Source of the DNA: Verrucomicrobiota bacterium
Lineage (GTDB): Bacteria; Verrucomicrobiota; Verrucomicrobiia; Limisphaerales; CANJXF01
NCBI GenBank assembly: GCA_038214755.1
Contig: JBBQRQ010000004.1
Span: 32,001-96,000, forward strand
Length of the DNA stretch: 64,000 nt
Direction of reading: 5' to 3'
A program made the translations under genes and the position numbers. This document shows positions 58,450 to 64,000 of this stretch, piece by piece. The notes under the pieces were generated by a model that searched no databases, had not been told where the DNA came from, and worked only from the letters and a program-made list of their open reading frames with translations. Numbering within the stretch: position 1 is the stretch's first letter; each line of letters opens with the position of its first letter.

Positions 58450-58767
58450 ATGTACGCTGTATTAGAAACTGGTGGAAAACAATATCGTGTCAAAGCCGGA
58501 GACACCTTGGAAATCGAACGCTTGCCCGTGGAAGCGGGTGAAGGAAAAACTTTCACCTTCGATCGCGTGTTGATGATTGGCAACGATGGCAAATTCTCGT
58601 TTGGCGGCCCGACCATTGCGGGCGCAGGCGTAGTGGCCGATGTCGTCGCGCATAAACGCGGCGAAAAGAAAATCGCGTTTAAAATGAAGCGGCGAAAAGG
58701 CTACCATCGCACGGTGGGTCATCGTCAGGAATTGACGGTGGTGAAAATTACGGAAATCAACGTCTGA
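58450..58767 (+). CDS. rplU: 50S ribosomal protein L21
   Basis: MYAVLETGGKQYRV, GHRQELT. Confidence 0.97.
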   Translation: MYAVLETGGKQYRVKAGDTLEIERLPVEAGEGKTFTFDRVLMIGNDGKFSFGGPTIAGAGVVADVVAHKRGEKKIAFKMKRRKGYHRTVGHRQELTVVKITEINV

Positions 58768-58797
58768 TTGACTCAACTCTCAACTCTCAACTAATTT

Positions 58798-59061
58798 ATG
58801 GCACACAAGAAAGGTCAAGGCAGTGTTCGTAATGGTCGTGACAGCGTCAGCAAACGGCTTGGCGTAAAAGAATTTGGCGGCCATGTCGTCTCGGCGGGCA
58901 GCATTATTGTCCGCCAACGCGGCTCGAAATTTGTCGCCGGCCAAAACGTCGGCACTGGTCGCGACTGGACGTTATTTGCTCTGGTAAATGGCAAAGTTGC
59001 TTTCGACAAAGGCAGTCGCCGCGTGAATGTCCTGCCACAGGAAGTCGCGTCGAAAAATTAA
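58798..59061 (+). CDS. rpmA: 50S ribosomal protein L27
   Basis: [16 protein letters not shown]. Confidence 0.98.
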   Translation: MAHKKGQGSVRNGRDSVSKRLGVKEFGGHVVSAGSIIVRQRGSKFVAGQNVGTGRDWTLFALVNGKVAFDKGSRRVNVLPQEVASKN

Positions 59062-59080
59062 TCGCGCGCAAAAAGTTTTT

Positions 59081-59110
59081 GGGGCGAGGTCGAAAGCCTC
59101 GCCTTTTTTT
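59081..59110 (+). terminator. Intrinsic terminator after rpmA
   Basis: GGCGAGG-TCGAAAG-CCTCGCC followed by T7. Confidence 0.85.
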
Positions 59111-59208
59111 GCAAAACGTTTTTCTTTCCCGTCATTGGTTGGCAAAGAATTTTTTCCTGAGTACTCCCCGGATTTGACCAGACGAAAATTTTTCAATAGA
59201 TTTGTGAC

Positions 59209-59445
59209 ATGACAGTAACATTGCCGGAGAATATTTCTGCGTTGCAAAAGATGAGCGAGAGCGAGGTAAAATTAGAATTGGCTCTTTCACTTTATGCCGC
59301 TCGCAAAATGACGCTCGTGCAAGCGGCTGATCTGGCGGCGATGAACCTGTTTGACTTTCAGGCTGCACTGCGCGATCGCCATCTCCCTCAACACTACGAC
59401 GAGCGGGATTTGGAGAAAGACCTCGCGGCTCTTCGGGAACTTTAA
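59209..59445 (+). CDS. UPF0175-family putative antitoxin
   Basis: LELALSLY...MTLVQAADLA.M...F...L...Y....LEKDL. Confidence 0.85.
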   Translation: MTVTLPENISALQKMSESEVKLELALSLYAARKMTLVQAADLAAMNLFDFQAALRDRHLPQHYDERDLEKDLAALREL

Positions 59446-59449
59446 TGCG

Positions 59450-59941
59450 ATGATCGTCGTTGCCGATACTTCGGTCATCTTGAATCTTTGTCGCGTCCAA
59501 CACGAACGTTTGCTCCCACAATTGTTCCAGCGGGTTTTGATTCCTACGACAGTGGCGGCGGAATTCGTCCGCCTGTCGCAGACGGCTGGCCGCTTCACCG
59601 CACTAACATTGCCCGATTGGGTTGAAATTTTGCCTTCCCCTGAATCGTTTCCCCCTGAAGTTATCCAAGCCAGTCTGGACGCGGGCGAATCTGCCGCCAT
59701 TGCCCTCTGCTTGAAAGAGAAAGCAAATGCGTTACTCATCGACGAATCGTTGGGCAGAGAGGTCGCGGCTCAACTTGGAATTCGGACCATCGGCATTCTG
59801 GGTATTTTGGTCGAGTCTCGCCGCCGTGGGTTTGTATTGAATGTGAAAAACATTTTGGAACGCTTGGAATCGGATGCCGGTTTCTGGATCAGCCGAACCT
59901 TGCGAAAAAGGGTTCTCGAGTTAGCTGGCGAAAAGGAATGA
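59450..59941 (+). CDS. DUF3368 / PIN-like putative toxin
   Basis: MIVVADTS, LDAGESAAI, LLIDE..GR..A, GILGIL, FWIS. Confidence 0.88.
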   Translation: MIVVADTSVILNLCRVQHERLLPQLFQRVLIPTTVAAEFVRLSQTAGRFTALTLPDWVEILPSPESFPPEVIQASLDAGESAAIALCLKEKANALLIDESLGREVAAQLGIRTIGILGILVESRRRGFVLNVKNILERLESDAGFWISRTLRKRVLELAGEKE

Positions 59942-59945
59942 CCTA

Positions 59946-61121
59946 ATGTTCGTCGATCAAATAAAAGTTTATGCGCGGGCCGGACACGGCGGCAAAGGCG
60001 CGGTCGCTTTTCATCGCGAGGCCTACATACCCAAAGGCGGTCCGAGCGGCGGCAATGGAGGTCGCGGCGGCAATGTCATTCTCCAGGCCGACCATGATTT
60101 GAACAATCTTATCGGTCAGTTTTTCAAACCACGTTTGATTGCCGAAGACGGCGACGGCGGCGGTGGCAAAGGAATGGATGGACTCGCTGGAAAAGATTTA
60201 ATCGTGAAAGTCCCGTGCGGAACGTTGGTTTGGAAATTACCTTCTGCGCCCCCCGCGCCCGAAAAAAGCGAGGAGGAAGAGGCAGAGCCCAAAACCATGT
60301 TGATGGCGAGTTCCAACAAACGTTCTCTCATTCGTCGATCCGGAACAGAGTTTGCCGTGGAACTAAATTTAGAAGATGACGGCTCGGATAAGTCGAATGA
60401 TCCCATCAGTGGCGAAGCGGAACTCGTCGCCGATCTGACACAAGATGGCCAACAATTCATTTTGTGCAAAGCGGGGCGCGGAGGATTGGGCAACCGGAAT
60501 TTTGCGACTTCGACGCGACAGACTCCTCGCTTCGCCCAACCCGGCGAGCCAGGCGAGGAAGGTGAATATCGTTTGGAACTCCGCACGGTGGCGGACGTCG
60601 GAATAGTTGGTTATCCGAATGCGGGTAAATCCACCTTGCTCACTGCGATTTCCAAGGCGCGTCCCAAAGTTGCAGCGTATCCGTTTACCACGCTTCATCC
60701 GCAAATCGGGATTGTTGAGTATCCCGATTTTTTCCGCCTCACCGTTTGTGATGTGCCGGGATTGATCGAAGGCGCGCACCGAAATGTCGGGTTGGGTCAC
60801 GGTTTTTTGCGCCACATCAAACGTTGCAAATTCCTCGTCGTCCTGCTCGACATGGCGGGAACCGACGGACGCAATCCGTGGGATGATTACAAAATGTTGC
60901 TGCGTGAATTGGAACTTTACGATCCAACGATGTTGGAAAAGCCGCGCCTCGTTGTGGCGAATAAAATGGACGAGGCCGTTGCCGAAGAAAATTTAAAAAA
61001 GTTCAAACGCAAAGTTCCAAAGACGCCGGTGCTGCCGATTTCCGCCGCTTTCGATCAGGGCGTGGAAAAATTTAGAAAGATTATTCGCGAAGCAGTCGAG
61101 GCGCAAAACAAGGAGTTTTGA
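59946..61121 (+). CDS. obgE: GTPase ObgE
   Basis: MFVD, GGPSGGNGGRGG, GYPNAGKST, YPFTTL, DVPG, NKMD. Confidence 0.96.
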   Translation: MFVDQIKVYARAGHGGKGAVAFHREAYIPKGGPSGGNGGRGGNVILQADHDLNNLIGQFFKPRLIAEDGDGGGGKGMDGLAGKDLIVKVPCGTLVWKLPSAPPAPEKSEEEEAEPKTMLMASSNKRSLIRRSGTEFAVELNLEDDGSDKSNDPISGEAELVADLTQDGQQFILCKAGRGGLGNRNFATSTRQTPRFAQPGEPGEEGEYRLELRTVADVGIVGYPNAGKSTLLTAISKARPKVAAYPFTTLHPQIGIVEYPDFFRLTVCDVPGLIEGAHRNVGLGHGFLRHIKRCKFLVVLLDMAGTDGRNPWDDYKMLLRELELYDPTMLEKPRLVVANKMDEAVAEENLKKFKRKVPKTPVLPISAAFDQGVEKFRKIIREAVEAQNKEF

Positions 61122-61152
61122 CGTAAAACATCCGCTGTGCTACACAACCCGC

Positions 61153-61383
61153 GTGAAAACAATTGCCATCTCAGAAATAGCTTACGACCGGCTGGCGGGC
61201 TGGAAAACCAGTAAGCAAGATACATTTTCCAACGTGATTGAGCGTCTGGTTCCGCGCAAAGTTACGTTTGAAGTGGCGTTGGAAGCGGCCCAACAATTAC
61301 CGGAACTTTCCTCTGCACAGGAAAAAGAGTTGTTAAAATTCTACAAAAAAAATCGACAGCCCATGGGATCGCCGTGGAAGTAA
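61153..61383 (+). CDS. Putative antitoxin (VapB-like)
   Basis: KTIAISEIAYDRL...K....TFSNVIERL; overlaps PIN gene. Confidence 0.8.
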   Translation: MKTIAISEIAYDRLAGWKTSKQDTFSNVIERLVPRKVTFEVALEAAQQLPELSSAQEKELLKFYKKNRQPMGSPWK

Positions 61384-61787
61384 TTGCAGATACCACGGTC
61401 TTGATTGATTTGTGGCGCCATCGCAACCGAAGTTTTCGCCTGCAAAGTTTGAACCGCCAATTGGGAGACCGCGCCATCCTGTTACCCTGGATCACACGCG
61501 GCGAATTTCTGCGCGGAGTCTTTCACCAAAATTTGCCGGAAGAAGCGGTGAGGCCATTCCTGGAAACCTTTGTGACGGTTTGGCCGACGACTCAAACCAT
61601 AAGTCTTTATGCAAAGAATTGGGCAGCGCTCGCCCGCTCGGGCAAATTAATTGATTATCCTGACTTGTGGATTGCGGCCGGTGCGCTCGAACGCGGGATT
61701 CCGCTGGTAACCCGCAACCCCAAACACTTCGAACACCTTCCGGAGTTGCAATTGGAATCCTATTTTTTGGACGAACAAACAAAATAA
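61374..61787 (+). CDS. VapC / PIN-domain toxin
   Basis: IADTTVLID, E, DLWIAA, LVTRNPKHF. Confidence 0.88.
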   Translation: MEVIADTTVLIDLWRHRNRSFRLQSLNRQLGDRAILLPWITRGEFLRGVFHQNLPEEAVRPFLETFVTVWPTTQTISLYAKNWAALARSGKLIDYPDLWIAAGALERGIPLVTRNPKHFEHLPELQLESYFLDEQTK

Positions 61788-61790
61788 CTT

Positions 61791-62894
61791 ATGCTCAAAG
61801 CTGGAATCGTCGGACTGCCCAACGTTGGAAAATCAACCTTGTTCAACGCCGTCACGCGCACGCGAAAAGCGGAAGCGGCCAATTATCCTTTTTGCACGAT
61901 TGATCCCAACATTGGCATCGTCACGGTGCCCGATTCGCGTTTGGACGTTTTGAAAAACATCGCGAAAACTTCCGTTGTGATTCCGGCCGCAGTTGAATTT
62001 GTGGACATCGCGGGCCTCGTCAAAGGCGCGTCGGCGGGAGAAGGTTTGGGAAATAAATTTCTCACCCACATCCGCGAAGTCGATGCCATCGTGCAAGTGG
62101 TGCGCTGTTTTGAAGACCCGGACATTCATCACGTCGCGGGAACCATTGATCCCATTCGCGACATCGAAACAGTCACGACTGAATTGGTTTTGTCGGATTT
62201 GGAAGCGGTCAAGAAACGTCTCCATAGCGTGGCCAAAGATGCCAAGCGCGGCGAGAAAGTTGCCGTAGCCGAAGAAAACGTTTTGAAAAAACTTGAACCA
62301 CATTTGAACGAAGGCAAACCGGCGTTGCTCGCCGAACTCACGCCGGAAGAAAAAATTATTTCACGCGGTTTTTTTTTGCTGACGGACAAGCCGACGATTT
62401 TTGCAACGAACGTCAAGGAAACCGATTTGGCCACAGCGGATTCTAATTCCTTTGTCACGAAAGTTCGCGAATATGCCCGCACGCATCACTCCTGCGAAAC
62501 GGTCGTGATCAGCGCGCAAATTGAAAGCGATTTAATTGATCTTTCGCCGGAAGAAGCGAAAGAATTTTTGACGGAACTCGGCGTGAACGAGTCCGGCGTG
62601 GGGTCTCTCATTCGCGCGACCTATCATTTGTTGGGACTGCGAACTTATTTTACGGCGGGCGAAAAAGAAGTTCGCGCCTGGACGATTCACGCCGGTGACA
62701 CTGCGCCGAAAGCGGCGGGTGTGATCCACAGCGATTTCGAACGCGGATTCATTAAGGCGGAAACCGTCGCTTACGCTGCGTTGGTCAATTGCGGTTCCGT
62801 CGCCGCCGCTCGCGAAAAAGGTCTCTATCGCATGGAAGGAAAAGAATACGTCGTGAAAGATGGCGACGTGATGCTGTTCAAATTCAACGTCTGA
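61791..62894 (+). CDS. ychF: Redox-regulated ATPase YchF
   Basis: [41 protein letters not shown]. Confidence 0.97.
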   Translation: MLKAGIVGLPNVGKSTLFNAVTRTRKAEAANYPFCTIDPNIGIVTVPDSRLDVLKNIAKTSVVIPAAVEFVDIAGLVKGASAGEGLGNKFLTHIREVDAIVQVVRCFEDPDIHHVAGTIDPIRDIETVTTELVLSDLEAVKKRLHSVAKDAKRGEKVAVAEENVLKKLEPHLNEGKPALLAELTPEEKIISRGFFLLTDKPTIFATNVKETDLATADSNSFVTKVREYARTHHSCETVVISAQIESDLIDLSPEEAKEFLTELGVNESGVGSLIRATYHLLGLRTYFTAGEKEVRAWTIHAGDTAPKAAGVIHSDFERGFIKAETVAYAALVNCGSVAAAREKGLYRMEGKEYVVKDGDVMLFKFNV

Positions 62895-62926
62895 ACTAAG
62901 GCGGTAATTATTCCGTGGAGAAGATT

Positions 62927-63390
62927 GCTCGCCCTCACCCTAACCCTCCCCCCCCAAGGAGAGGGAATAGCTCGCGCGTCTCTCGAACGTGCGGAAGTTT
63001 AGTCTGTCATTCCCCTCTTCTGTCATTCGCAAAAGAAAGCGGATAATAATCCGGCCGCTCCAGTTTACCAAAACGCAGCAATGATTCTCCCTCTCCTCGG
63101 AGGAGAGGGCCGGGGTGAGGACGAGCGTTTCTCTTCACTGAAAATAGTTCGTTAATTACAGTTCCAGTTAGAGGTTGTTCGCCCTCACCCTAACCCTCTC
63201 CCCCGAGGAGAGGGAATAGTATCGGCGTCTCTGGAAAGTTCGGAGGCTCATTGTGGCATTCCCGCCTTCGGGTCATTCGTAAAAGAACGCGCATCACAAC
63301 CCAGCGCGTTTGCATTACCAAAATGCGGGTGAACCATTCTCCCTCTCCTCGGAGGAGAGGGCCGGGTGAGGTCGAACGTTTCTTTTCACT
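62927..63390. repeat. Two tandem palindromic units (CCCTCACCCTAACCCTCTCCC..GGAGAGGG ... CCCTCTCC..GGAGAGGGCCGGG(G)TGAGG)
   Basis: Units begin ~62928 and ~63179 with near-identical ends and diverged centres. Confidence 0.85.
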
Positions 63391-63412
63391 CAATGATTCC
63401 GGCTTAGGGCGT

Positions 63413-64000
63413 TTAGGGCGAGGCGAGGTTCAGCAAAGTAATCAGCGCGCTCTCCTTCTCTGAGCCTTTGATAAAATCGAACGCGCGAAAATAACGGTCG
63501 CGTTCTTTGTCCGGTGTCTTTGGATCTGCAATTATTCTCGCGAGATACGCCGGAGCTTTTTGTGAACGGGAACGCCAGATGATGTCGCGTCCCGCGGGCG
63601 TGTTCCAATTTCCGCTCACGAAATTCAGCCACGCCTGAAAAAATTTATCTTCCTGTTTGTCCGCACCGATGCCGAGCGCTTCCAAATACCAACGATCTTT
63701 TCCGTCATGTTGCGCGGCGAGTGTGGCCCAGAGTTGCGCCGCTTCCGGCGAAGAATTGTGACGCAACGCAATCGCGCACTCTCGGCGGACCTGCGGCGAA
63801 AAATCGTTCACCAACATTTTCAGAATAGGAATCAAATCCATTTTCAGTTCGCGCGCGACGCGCAAACCGGCGATGCGTAAATCCGGATTTTCATCACGCA
63901 ACGCCTGTTCAACATATTTTTTTTCTTTTCCTTTGATGCGCGACAACAGGTGCAAAGCGCGGGCGCGCATTCGTTGATCATCGCCTTTCCAAAGTTTGAC
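63413..64000 (-). CDS. C-terminus of HEAT-repeat PVC-type dehydrogenase-like protein (runs off window)
   Basis: RARAL, SPQVRRECAIALR, DRWYLEALGIG. Confidence 0.75.
   Translation of the reverse strand, partial: VKLWKGDDQRMRARALHLLSRIKGKEKKYVEQALRDENPDLRIAGLRVARELKMDLIPILKMLVNDFSPQVRRECAIALRHNSSPEAAQLWATLAAQHDGKDRWYLEALGIGADKQEDKFFQAWLNFVSGNWNTPAGRDIIWRSRSQKAPAYLARIIADPKTPDKERDRYFRAFDFIKGSEKESALITLLNLASP

Noticed and set aside
62927..63390. CRISPR-like or integron attC array
   Set aside because: Only two ~250-bp palindromic units with no cassette ORFs, cas or intI; fits REP/BIME-like repeats.
173..63632. Numerous short antisense or alternative-frame ORFs in the ORF track
   Set aside because: They overlap well-supported genes and lack recognisable motifs; typical shadow ORFs.

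Overview
A 64-kb chromosomal stretch of a GC-moderate bacterium. Its gene content points to Verrucomicrobiota (Pedosphaera-like; inference): PVC-type CxxCH heme/dehydrogenase proteins, a PSD1/DUF1549-DUF1553 cytochrome with DUF1501, RFYR-ending secreted proteins and prepilin-like genes. The housekeeping backbone includes a DHS-like gene, split LigD, aroB, a ferredoxin, LOG, aceE-aceF-lpdA, lplA, zwf-pgl-tsaD, lpxD, glcD, rplU-rpmA-obgE-ychF, tRNA-Leu(TAG) and tRNA-Glu(TTC). A sugar ABC transporter sits next to myo-inositol oxygenase and a PAP2 phosphatase. Most unusual is a dense layer of small selfish DNA. (1) A GxxExxY gene lies inside the PDH operon between 32-bp terminal inverted repeats built from 10-mers; these repeats carry the aceE stop codon and the gene's own ATG. 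(2) Several REP-like palindrome families occur, some inserted in frame into protein genes. (3) A 174-bp MITE with a perfect 9-bp target duplication is nested inside a REP pair. (4) Five TA/nuclease mini-cassettes each carry their own sigma70 promoter and a leaderless start. Other observations are a ~130-nt rod-like hairpin in the leader of a large secreted protein, a duplicated ECF-type promoter, and a heptamer array that copies the tRNA CCA end. All calls come from reading motifs by eye; no database searches were run.
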